Below, one piece after another: positions 11,301 to 21,600 of a stretch of 64,000 nt of DNA. The position numbers were made by a program, and so were the translations under genes. Numbering within the stretch: the stretch's first letter is position 1; each line of letters begins with the position of its first letter. The notes beneath the pieces are model-generated. The model was not told the DNA's origin and ran no database searches. It worked only from the letters and a program-made list of their open reading frames with translations. Source of the DNA: Macrostomum hystrix (taxonomy: Eukaryota > Animalia > Platyhelminthes); NCBI GenBank assembly GCA_950097015.1, contig CATNEN010000024.1, positions 6,014,001 to 6,078,000 on the forward strand, in the 5' to 3' direction.

Positions 11301-13186
11301 TCAAAAGAAGCTGAAAACTCAGATCTGGAAGGAAACATTATCTGTAAACACGGCTGTAAAATTTCAGAGCCCTGACTATTCGCGTCTCGGAGTTGTAGAC
11401 CCTCGAGTCCCCCCCACTCTGATATCTCCCATTTTAAAAGTACTTTTCGTCACCTCACTGAATCTGGTGGTCAAAAGAAGCTGAAAACTCAGATCTGGAA
11501 GGAAACATTATCTGTGAACACGGCTGTAAAATTTCAGAGCCCTGACTAGTCGCGTCTCGGAGTTGTAGACCCTCGAGTCCCCCCCACTCTGATATCTCCC
11601 ATTTTAAAAGTACTTTTCGTCACCTCACTGAATCTGGTGGTCAAAAGAAGCTGAAAACTCAGATCTGGAAGGAAACATTATCTGTGAACACGGCTGTAAA
11701 ATTTCAGAGCCCTGACTAGTCACGTCTCGGAGTTGTAGACCCTCGAGTCCCCCCCACTCTGATATCTCCCATTTTAAAAGTACTTTTCGTCACCTCACTG
11801 AATCTGGTGGTCAGACGAGGCTAAAAACTCAGATCTGGAAGGAAACATTATCTGTAAACACGGCTGTAAAATTTCAGAGCCCTGACTATTCGCGTCTCGG
11901 AGTTGTAGACCCTCGAGTCCCCCCCACTCTGATATCTCCCATTTTAAAAGTACTTTTCGTCACCTCACTGAATCTGGTGGTCAAAAGAAGCTGAAAACTC
12001 AGATCTGGAAGGAAACATTATCTGTGAACACGGCTGTAAAATTTCAGAGCCCTGACTAGTCGCGTCTCGGAGTTGTAGACCCTCGAGTCCCCCCCACTCT
12101 GATATCTCCCATTTTAAAAGTACTTTTCGTCACCTCACTGAATCTGGTGGTCAAAAGAAGCTGAAAACTCAGATCTGGAAGGAAACATTATCTGTGAACA
12201 CGGCTGTAAAATTTCAGAGCCCTGACTATTCGCGTCTCGGAGTTGTAGACCCTCGAGTCCCCCCCACTCTGATATCTCCCATTTTAAAAGTACTTTTCGT
12301 CACCTCACTGAATCTGGTGGTCAAAAGAAGCTGAAAACTCAGATCTGGAAGGAAACATTATCTGTGAACACGGCTGTAAAATTTCAGAGCCCTGACTAGT
12401 CGCGTCTCGGAGTTGTAGACCCTCGAGTCCCCCCACTCTGATATCTCCCATTTTAAAAGTACTTTTCGTCACCTCACTGAATCTGGTGGTCAGACGAGGC
12501 TAAAAACTCAGATCTGGAAGGAAACATTATCTGTAAACACGGCTGTAAAATTTCAGAGCCCTGACTAGTCGCGTCTCGGAGTTGTAGACCCTCGAGTCCC
12601 CCCCACTCTGATATCTCCCATTTTAAAAGTACTTTTCGTCACCTCACTGAATCTGGTGGTCAAAAGAAGCTGAAAACTCAGATCTGGAAGGAAACATTAT
12701 CTGTGAACACGGCTGTAAAATTTCAGAGCCCTGACTAGTCGCGTCTCGGAGTTGTAGACCCTCGATTCCCCCCCACTCTGATATCTCCCATTTTAAAAGT
12801 ACTTTTCGTCACCTCACTGAATCTGGTGGTCAAAAGAAGCTGAAAACTCAGATCTGGAAGGAAACATTATCTGTAAACACGGCTGTAAAATTTCAGAGCC
12901 CTGACTATTCGCGTCTCGGAGTTGTAGACCCTCGAGTCCCCCCCACTCTGATATCTCCCATTTTAAAAGTACTTTTCGTCACCTCACTGAATCTGGTGGT
13001 CAAAAGAAGCTGAAAACTCAGATCTGGAAGGAAACATTATCTGTAAACACGGCTGTAAAATTTCAGAGCCCTGACTATTCGCGTCTCGGAGTTGTAGACC
13101 CTCGAGTCCCCCCCACTCTGATATCTCCCATTTTAAAAGTACTTTTCGTCACCTCACTGAATCTGGTGGTCAAAAGAAGCTGAAAA
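5380..13186 (+). repeat. Left-arm tandem array of a 170-bp monomer, ~46 copies
   Basis: GAAGGAAACATT recurs at 5381, 5551, 5721 and onward. Monomers differ at only a few polymorphic sites. Confidence 0.98.
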
Positions 13187-13569
13187 ATGAGGTTTCGAAG
13201 GAGCTATTGTTTTTGTAGTCTGTATTTTTTGTAGTTTTTTTTTTTTGATTTTACTGAATATAATTTAAGATTTGCTTTTGGTAAATTTTTCGTGAGCCCT
13301 CCTCTTTTTGAAACCAGGCTTGGGACTGGCTAAGGCAGAGTTTTTCACAAAGTCTTTAATATATTTTAAGTTCGGTGTTAGAAGATTTTTGTTTATTTTT
13401 TAAGGTTTTTGTTCGTATTAGTGTTTCTGTGTCACACAAAGGCCACTATTTTGCATATGTCTTATAATATTTTGCAGCTTAGATTATTCACAGTTTTACA
13501 TTGCAAAGCGGTGCCATAATTGTTTACAGAATTGACTTGTTGTTATAACAAAAACTACAGAATTGACAT

Positions 13570-13575
13570 TTTATT
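13570..13575 (-). terminator. Candidate polyadenylation signal AATAAA of the transposase transcript
   Basis: AATAAA on the minus strand ~70 bp after the ORF stop at 13647, in an AT-rich stretch. Confidence 0.4.
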
Positions 13576-13646
13576 TTTAAGCAAGTAGCTTTTAGTAATT
13601 AGTGTGAGTACATTTTTTCGCTGCACTTCTTGGTGCATCCATCCAG

Positions 13647-16600
13647 CTATCGCGTTGCTGCGTACTCGGCACAGCAGCAGACGTAGCCGTTGGACGCGTG
13701 GCGCTGGTGCATATCTTTCGATGCACACTCATGGTGCAGCCATGAATCACAAAGATCACATTGCAGCCAAGTTCCAGTCGCACTGGGTTCAGCTTCATGA
13801 CAGCGAACGCACGAGTTGGTGGATTCTTCATTTTCTCTTTCCAAGTCTTTCCAGATGCAGATTCGAGCTCTGTTAAGAAATCCCTCCGTTGTTGGAAAGC
13901 ACAAAGCTCGGAACTCGGTATCAACGGATGTTACTAGAACTTTCGCGTACAGACAGACAAATACACCACAGCTATGACCATCAAACTGCAATGATCTCAA
14001 CATTGATTTATTTTTATACGTACCTAAAATTTCTGGCATGTCTTCGCGAATACTGGTGGTGCTTTTGATTAGGTTTTGCCATAGTTTTATAAAATGTTTT
14101 GGTATCGACTTATCTGAGATAGGTTTTGTGTCTAGGACAGCTAGTTCTTTGCGTGTTGTGTCAATATAGACTAAGTAGAAGTGGTCGTTCTGAAGAATCG
14201 GACAGATTAAACGGGTGCATTTGTTTGAAACTGTCGCTCTTAGCATGTCAATCGCAGCGCTCGAATCTCCTTTGCGAATGCAGCTAAAGAAGCTGGATGG
14301 TAGGTGGCCCGCTTTGCTGCTTGGGTTGCATACGCAAAGTAGATGTATGAATGAATTTACTATTCCGACAGAAAGCCACTTTCCGGGTTCCAATGATTCT
14401 CTATCAAACTCAGTTAGGAAGTCTCCAGCGCGGGTGCACCACACCTGTTCCCGTTCTGCTGTGCCTTGCTGCTTTCTATTCTTTGTCGCTGATTCTGTTC
14501 TCTGTCGCTTGTACTTTGAACGACTAACCCGCTCGGCCCTTCGCCACTCCTCGCGAGAAAAGGAAATATCTTCGTGCTTTCTCTTCCTTCCAGATAACGT
14601 TGCTTTCCCTACTTTGTTGATTATGTCGAAAGCTGTTAATCTTGTTTTTAAATATTTTAACCGTCCGCAAATAAAACTCGACACGTTCACCCTGGAAGCC
14701 TTGCCGAACCTTGTTTTTCGAGATTTAACGTCTGAAAAGTACGATTCTACGTAAGAGTTTGAAAACCAACTTTTATTCTTTCTGAAGCTCTTGATACTCC
14801 CGATGAAATGGCAGAACAATGGAGCTAAACTACACCAGTGCTTCAGCAAGTAAACCAGCAGTTTTGGTGAGTAATAGCTTTTAAATGGCCCGGCTGGCTC
14901 GTCGGTTGCATCAATACTTGCCTGTCGGGACTTGAAAAGAAAAATGTACGGAGAGCCTTCGCGCAGAGAAACAAATCGAGAACTTTCGGCCTGCTCTTCC
15001 TTATCGTTATTTATTTCATCGTCGTTGTAGAGCGAATATTCTTCGTCCACGGGCTCAGTTTCCCAATTGTTAATCGCTGATCTTAATTCTTTCGGATCTC
15101 GCTGCCCTAAAAATGTATCTACAGTGAGACTCAAGGTAGTTTCAAACGCTTCAAAAGTCTCCTGATGTAATAAAAAGACAAATGCGCTAATAAATAATTC
15201 CCGCATAGCTTTACCTTCCGCAGTTTTAGACTTTAGTTGTATGCCATTAATGAACGCACGGATTACGTGATTTGTGCAAATGAATGGAATCGTGTACTTG
15301 ATTTGTTTCCCCATGCGTAACGCACAATGCGTATCAATAAGGTATTGCTCTAAGCTGGTGCCAAATGACTGGCATACCGAGTGTAACATAGCCCAAGAGA
15401 AGTCCGTGACGATGACAGCGGGTAAATAGTCATGCGACATAATAGTACTGCTTGCTAGTGTGCCCAAATCTGCGCGGACAGAAAACAAAAAGTGTTGGAT
15501 TGATTTGGTCCTATGCTCACTTGTTATCATTTCGGCCACAGGCACACCACGCGTCTGACCGTTATCGGAGGGCATTGTCAGCGAGTAAAGAAATATTTGG
15601 CTACCTGCGAAATTCATTCTCTTGAAAATGCTTCCAGTGGCATCTAGATGTAAAACACACTGCGGCCTACTTGTAACAAGTCTAAGCTGTCTTTCGAGGT
15701 ACAGATGTACATGAAATGGATGGCGAGACACAGCTTGAATGTATCCGCGTATACTCTTACTCTCTGTGTCTGTTTCGCTCAGTATTCGTTGCAAAGCAGC
15801 AATTTCGACTTCAACATTTTTATGCAGCCGTTCTTCTGCGGCAACCAACCGCTTCGCGTTTACCCGCCGAATGGCATCCAAATTTTTTGATCGAGAAAAG
15901 TCATTTTCCTTTATCTCTTTATCTGTCATTTCCGAGAGTAGTCTATCATGTACATCAGTTGGTGCTTCAGTTTCAAGTAGTTTTGCTATCCTTTCTGATT
16001 CTAATGGCGTCATTCTAGACATCGTTGGATGATTATGATTCTTCTCACCTTTAGAATTAACAACTACCACCACAGGCTCATTTTCAGTTGGAAAATCTAT
16101 AATTCTAAAATCGTGTACTATTTTGCATGCGGGATGCTGGCATAATGCGACCTGTTTTACGAAATATTTTGGCTTTTGTGCTCTGAGATTTGGAAAGTTC
16201 AGATATCGATTCTTAAATTTAAGAACACAGTTACTTGCTTCCACATTCGAAGAGCAATATTGTCGATAATTTTCACGAATGCAGTTTAGCCACCAAAAAG
16301 CGGTTCTCTGACATATCGAATGCATTTTTTCTCCCCGCCTGATAAAAAAGTTATTTTTCCACTGGCTCCAAGCTATTCGAAAATGAAAAACTAAATTAGT
16401 TATTGATCCGCTTGCACCACTCTCGAAATCAACAGCAACTTCAGCATTAGTACAGTCCCTTACTTCTGAATCATCACTCCCAGCATCATCACTCCAACCA
16501 TCATCACTCCCAGCATCCTCACTCCCAGCATCATCACTCCCAGCATCCTCACTCCCAGCATCATCACTCCCAGCATCCTCACTCCCAGCATCATCACTCC

Positions 16601-18077
16601 AACCATCATCACTCCCAGCATCCTCACTCCCAGCATCATCACTCCCAGCATCACCACTCCTAGAATCACTCATATCATCACCACAAGCGTCATTACTTCC
16701 ATGAGCAGGCCCCACATAAGCAGCAACAGCACGACGGGCAGGCACAACAGAAGCAGCAACAGCACCACGGGCAGGCACAACAGAAGCAGCAACAGCACCA
16801 CGGGCAGGCACAACAGAAGCAGCAACAGCACCCCGGGCAGGCACAACAGAAGCAGCAACAGCACGACGAGCAGGCACAACAGAAGCAGCAACAGCACCCC
16901 GGGCAGGCACAACAGAGGCAGCAACAGCACGACGAGCAGGCACAACAGAAGCAGCAACAGCACCCCGGGCAGGCACAACAGAAGCAGCAACAGCACGACG
17001 AGCAGGCACAACAGAAGCAGCAACAGCACCCCGGGCAGGCACAACAGAAGCAGCAACAGCACGACGAGCAGGCACAACAGAAGCAGCAACAGCACCCCGG
17101 GCAGGCACAACAGAAGCAGCAACAGCACGACGGGCAGGCTCAACAGAAGCAGCAACAGCACGACGAGCAGGCACAACAGAAGCAGCAACAGCACGACGAG
17201 CAGGCACAACAGAAGCAGCAACAGCACCCCGGGCAGGCACAACAGAAGCAGCAACAGCACGACGAGCAGGCACAACAGAAGCAGCAACAGCACCCCGGGC
17301 AGGCACAACAGAAGCAGCAACAGCACGACGAGCAGGCACAACAGAAGCAGCAACAGCACCCCGGGCAGGCACAACAGAAGCAGCAACAGCACGACGGGCA
17401 GGCACAACAGAAGCAGCAACAGCACGACGAGCAGGCACAACAGAAGCAGCAACAGCACGACGAGCAGGCAAAACAGAAGCAGCAACAGCACCCCGGGCAG
17501 GCACAACAGAAGCAGCAACAGCACGACGAGCAGGCACAACAGAAGCAGCAACAGCACCCCGGGCAGGCACAACAGAAGCAGCAACAGCACCCCGGGCAGG
17601 CACAACAGAAGCAGCAACAGCACGACGAGCAGGCACAACAGAAGCAGCAACAGCACCCCGGGCAGGCACAACAGAAGCAGCAACAGCACGACGAGCAGGC
17701 ACAACAGAAGCAGCAACAGCACCACGGCCAGGCACAACAGAAGCAGCAACAGCAACTCGAGTGGATCTTACCACAGCAGATTTATGATTAGCAGTTTTCT
17801 TTCTTTTCGAAACAGAAGATTTTGACTTACCGACAATTTTACGCTGATAATAAAGCCAGACAACTCGACGGTTTTCAATAGTGTTCTTTGCTGAAAGCTT
17901 GCTCAGAATTTGCCCGCAAGCACCATAGGGACAGCGAAATGATTTGCCAAGGCACTCATCACTATAGTCTTCAAAATATTCAGGCGACAGTTCAAAAAAA
18001 GAAATGCGTCGATTGTGGGTTGCTTTGGAAATAAAGAAAATTGAAAGTAAAGCAATGATGCGAAGACTGAAAATCAT
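13647..18077 (-). CDS. 1476-aa MULE-type DDE transposase fused to a Ulp1/C48 peptidase and a PHD-like finger
   Basis: Uninterrupted ORF starting AACC-ATG. Zn-finger-like C646-x4-C651...H681-x-H683. Transposase motifs: LHLD(812)ATG, VIVTD(892)FSWAM, IC(934)TNH(937), SNSYVE(1111)SYFSDVK. Ulp1 motifs: LEPGKWLS, NDH(1299)FYLVYID, VLD(1316)T, Q(1364)FDGHSC(1370)GVFVC. C-terminal CVRC..WLQCDLCDSWLHHEC..YVCCC. Confidence 0.93.
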   Translation of the reverse strand: MIFSLRIIALLSIFFISKATHNRRISFFELSPEYFEDYSDECLGKSFRCPYGACGQILSKLSAKNTIENRRVVWLYYQRKIVGKSKSSVSKRKKTANHKSAVVRSTRVAVAASVVPGRGAVAASVVPARRAVAASVVPARGAVAASVVPARRAVAASVVPARGAVAASVVPARGAVAASVVPARRAVAASVVPARGAVAASVLPARRAVAASVVPARRAVAASVVPARRAVAASVVPARGAVAASVVPARRAVAASVVPARGAVAASVVPARRAVAASVVPARGAVAASVVPARRAVAASVVPARRAVAASVEPARRAVAASVVPARGAVAASVVPARRAVAASVVPARGAVAASVVPARRAVAASVVPARGAVAASVVPARRAVAASVVPARGAVAASVVPARRAVAASVVPARGAVAASVVPARGAVAASVVPARGAVAASVVPARRAVAAYVGPAHGSNDACGDDMSDSRSGDAGSDDAGSEDAGSDDGWSDDAGSEDAGSDDAGSEDAGSDDAGSEDAGSDDGWSDDAGSDDSEVRDCTNAEVAVDFESGASGSITNLVFHFRIAWSQWKNNFFIRRGEKMHSICQRTAFWWLNCIRENYRQYCSSNVEASNCVLKFKNRYLNFPNLRAQKPKYFVKQVALCQHPACKIVHDFRIIDFPTENEPVVVVVNSKGEKNHNHPTMSRMTPLESERIAKLLETEAPTDVHDRLLSEMTDKEIKENDFSRSKNLDAIRRVNAKRLVAAEERLHKNVEVEIAALQRILSETDTESKSIRGYIQAVSRHPFHVHLYLERQLRLVTSRPQCVLHLDATGSIFKRMNFAGSQIFLYSLTMPSDNGQTRGVPVAEMITSEHRTKSIQHFLFSVRADLGTLASSTIMSHDYLPAVIVTDFSWAMLHSVCQSFGTSLEQYLIDTHCALRMGKQIKYTIPFICTNHVIRAFINGIQLKSKTAEGKAMRELFISAFVFLLHQETFEAFETTLSLTVDTFLGQRDPKELRSAINNWETEPVDEEYSLYNDDEINNDKEEQAESSRFVSLREGSPYIFLFKSRQASIDATDEPAGPFKSYYSPKLLVYLLKHWCSLAPLFCHFIGSIKSFRKNKSWFSNSYVESYFSDVKSRKTRFGKASRVNVSSFICGRLKYLKTRLTAFDIINKVGKATLSGRKRKHEDISFSREEWRRAERVSRSKYKRQRTESATKNRKQQGTAEREQVWCTRAGDFLTEFDRESLEPGKWLSVGIVNSFIHLLCVCNPSSKAGHLPSSFFSCIRKGDSSAAIDMLRATVSNKCTRLICPILQNDHFYLVYIDTTRKELAVLDTKPISDKSIPKHFIKLWQNLIKSTTSIREDMPEILGTYKNKSMLRSLQFDGHSCGVFVCLYAKVLVTSVDTEFRALCFPTTEGFLNRARICIWKDLERENEESTNSCVRCHEAEPSATGTWLQCDLCDSWLHHECASKDMHQRHASNGYVCCCAEYAATR
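16471..16660 (-). repeat. In-frame 15-bp repeat encoding acidic (DAGSE/DAGSD)n, ~12-13 copies
   Basis: TCATCACTCCCAGCA-type units on the plus strand; they keep the transposase frame open. Confidence 0.93.
16719..17753 (-). repeat. In-frame 33-bp repeat encoding (ARRAVAASVVP/ARGAVAASVVP)n, ~31 copies
   Basis: AGCAGCAACAGCACGACGAGCAGGCACAACAGA-type units on the plus strand, within the N-terminal third of the ORF. Confidence 0.96.
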
Positions 18078-18645
18078 GGTTAAAAATATATGAATATACT
18101 AGCAGACGATTGAAATCTGCTTTCCTCAAGGCTTTATACTCGAAAATTTATGCATGGGTTGTTCGGATAGGGATATGAGATAGCAAGCAAGAAGCAGATA
18201 AAGCAGCTGATTGGATATTCCAGCTACTAGTGTAAAACAGAGCACGGTACACACCCCAGAACACTTATTTTGTCAGGCATTAGCGATAAAACGTAAGGAC
18301 AAAGCACTAAGAACTAAATGCAATAGAGGATACGCAATCGTCACTATAAAATACGAAGGCTTTTAATAATGCGAAGACTATAAAACACGAGGCTTGAAAT
18401 CTCAACACTCAACTTCAAACGCTAAAGCCTCAAAAGCCGACAAACATAAGAGGGCATTAGTACTTCAAATAATAAAAAAACAAATAGCAAAAATCAGATC
18501 CAACATGCAAAAATTGAGACCCATGTGCACGACAAGGCAAAAATATTACCCTGTATTACCAATTGCGCATTACATCCCTACATGTTGCGCAACTCAACGC
18601 TAAAAATACGCAGGCATCTCAGAGTGAGGGTGTTGTGTTGTGCCC

Positions 18646-21600
18646 ACTTTTAAAATGGGAAATATCAGAGTGGGGGGGACTCGAGGGTCTACAACTCCGA
18701 GACGCGACTAGTCAGGGCTCTGAAATTTTACAGCCGTGTTTACAGATAATGTTTCCTTCCAGATCTGAGTTTTTAGCCTCGTCTGACCACCAGATTCAGT
18801 GAGGTGACGAAAAGTACTTTTAAAATGGGAGATATCAGAGTGGGGGGGGACTCGAGGGTCTACAACTCCGAGACGTGACTAGTCAGGGCTCTGAAATTTT
18901 ACAGCCGTGTTCACAGATAATGTTTCCTTCCAGATCTGAGTTTTCAGCTTCTTTTGACCACCAGATTCAGTGAGGTGACGAAAAGTACTTTTAAAATGGG
19001 AGATATCAGAGTGGGGGGGACTCGAGGGTCTACAACTCCGAGACGCGACTAGTCAGGGCTCTGAAATTTTACAGCCGTGTTCACAGATAATGTTTCCTTC
19101 CAGATCTGAGTTTTCAGCTTCTTTTGACCACCAGATTCAGTGAGGTGACGAAAAGTACTTTTAAAATGGGAGATATCAGAGTGGGGGGGGACTCGAGGGT
19201 CTACAACTCCGAGACGCGACTAGTCAGGGCTCTGAAATTTTACAGCCGTGTTTACAGATAATGTTTCCTTCCAGATCTGAGTTTTTAGCCTCGTCTGACC
19301 ACCAGATTCAGTGAGGTGACGAAAAGTACTTTTAAAATGGGAGATATCAGAGTGGGGGGGACTCGAGGGTCTACAACTCCGAGACGCGAATAGTCAGGGC
19401 TCTGAAATTTTACAGCCGTGTTTACAGATAATGTTTCCTTCCAGATCTGAGTTTTTAGCCTCGTCTGACCACCAGATTCAGTGAGGTGACGAAAAGTACT
19501 TTTAAAATGGGAGATATCAGAGTGGGGGGGACTCGAGGGTCTACAACTCCGAGACGCGACTAGTCAGGGCTCTGAAATTTTACAGCCGTGTTCACAGATA
19601 ATGTTTCCTTCCAGATCTGAGTTTTCAGCTTCTTTTGACCACCAGATTCAGTGAGGTGACGAAAAGTACTTTTAAAATGGGAGATATCAGAGTGGGGGGG
19701 ACTCGAGGGTCTACAACTCCGAGACGCGAATAGTCAGGGCTCTGAAATTTTACAGCCGTGTTCACAGATAATGTTTCCTTCCAGATCTGAGTTTTCAGCT
19801 TCTTTTGACCACCAGATTCAGTGAGGTGACGAAAAGTACTTTTAAAATGGGAGATATCAGAGTGGGGGGGACTCGAGGGTATACAACTCCGAGACGCGAA
19901 TAGTCAGGGCTCTGAAATTTTACAGCCGTGTTTACAGATAATGTTTCCTTCCAGATCTGAGTTTTCAGCTTCTTTTGACCACCAGATTCAGTGAGGTGAC
20001 GAAAAGTACTTTTAAAATGGGAGATATCAGAGTGGGGGGGACTCGAGGGTCTACAACTCCGAGACGCGAATAGTCAGGGCTCTGAAATTTTACAGCCGTG
20101 TTTACAGATAATGTTTCCTTCCAGATCTGAGTTTTTAGCCTCGTCTGACCACCAGATTCAGTGAGGTGACGAAAAGTACTTTTAAAATGGGAGATATCAG
20201 AGTGGGGGGACTCGAGGGTCTACAACTCCGAGACGCGACTAGTCAGGGCTCTGAAATTTTACAGCCGTGTTCACAGATAATGTTTCCTTCCAGATCTGAG
20301 TTTTCAGCTTCTTTTGACCACCAGATTCAGTGAGGTGACGAAAAGTACTTTTAAAATGGGAGATATCAGAGTGGGGGGGACTCGAGGGTCTACAACTCCG
20401 AGACGCGACTAGTCAGGGCTCTGAAATTTTACAGCCGTGTTCACAGATAATGTTTCCTTCCAGATCTGAGTTTTCAGCTTCTTTTGACCACCAGATTCAG
20501 TGAGGTGACGAAAAGTACTTTTAAAATGGGAGATATAAGAGTGGGGGGGACTCGAGGGTCTACAACTCCGAGACGCGACTAGTCAGGGCTCTGAAATTTT
20601 ACAGCCGTGTTTACAGATAATGTTTCCTTCCAGATCTGAGTTTTCAGCTTCTTTTGACCACCAGATTCAGTGAGGTGACGAAAAGTACTTTTAAAATGGG
20701 AGATATCAGAGTGGGGGGGACTCGAGGGTCTACAACTCCGAGACGCGAATAGTCAGGGCTCTGAAATTTTACAGCCGTGTTTACAGATAATGTTTCCTTC
20801 CAGATCTGAGTTTTCAGCTTCTTTTGACCACCAGATTCAGTGAGGTGACGAAAAGTACTTTTAAAATGGGAGATATCAGAGTGGGGGGGACTCGAGGGTC
20901 TACAACTCCGAGACGCGAATAGTCAGGGCTCTGAAATTTTACAGCCGTGTTTACAGATAATGTTTCCTTCCAGATCTGAGTTTTCAGCTTCTTTTGACCA
21001 CCAGATTCAGTGAGGTGACGAAAAGTACTTTTAAAATTGGAGATATCAGAGTGGGGGGGACTCGAGGGTCTACAACTCCGAGACGCGAATAGTCAGGGCT
21101 CTGAAATTTTACAGCCGTGTTTACAGATAATGTTTCCTTCCAGATCTAAGTTTTTAGCCTCGTCTGACCACCAGATTCAGTGAGGTGACGAAAAGTACTT
21201 TTAAAATGGGAGATATCAGAGTGGGGGGGACTCGAGGGTCTACAACTCCGAGACGCGACTAGTCAGGGCTCTGAAATTTTACAGCCGTGTTCACAGATAA
21301 TGTTTCCTTCCAGATCTGAGTTTTTAGCCTCGTCTGACCACCAGATTCAGTGAGGTGACGAAAAGTACTTTTAAAATGGGAGATATCAGAGTGGGGGGGA
21401 CTCGAGGGTATACAACTCCGAGACGCGAATAGTCAGGGCTCTGAAATTTTACAGCCGTGTTTACAGATAATGTTTCCTTCCAGATCTGAGTTTTCAGCTT
21501 CTTTTGACCACCAGATTCAGTGAGGTGACGAAAAGTACTTTTAAAATGGGAGATATCAGAGTGGGGGGGACTCGAGGGTCTACAACTCCGAGACGCGAAT

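Noticed and set aside
14215-16032. Plus-strand ORFs overlapping the transposase (14215-14754, 15705-16032, 13604-13876)
   Set aside because: Antisense shadow ORFs with no motifs.
16460-17825. ORFs 16701-17825 (+), 16670-17755 (-) and 16460-16669 (-) as separate genes
   Set aside because: Shadow frames of the 33-bp and 15-bp repeats inside the transposase ORF.
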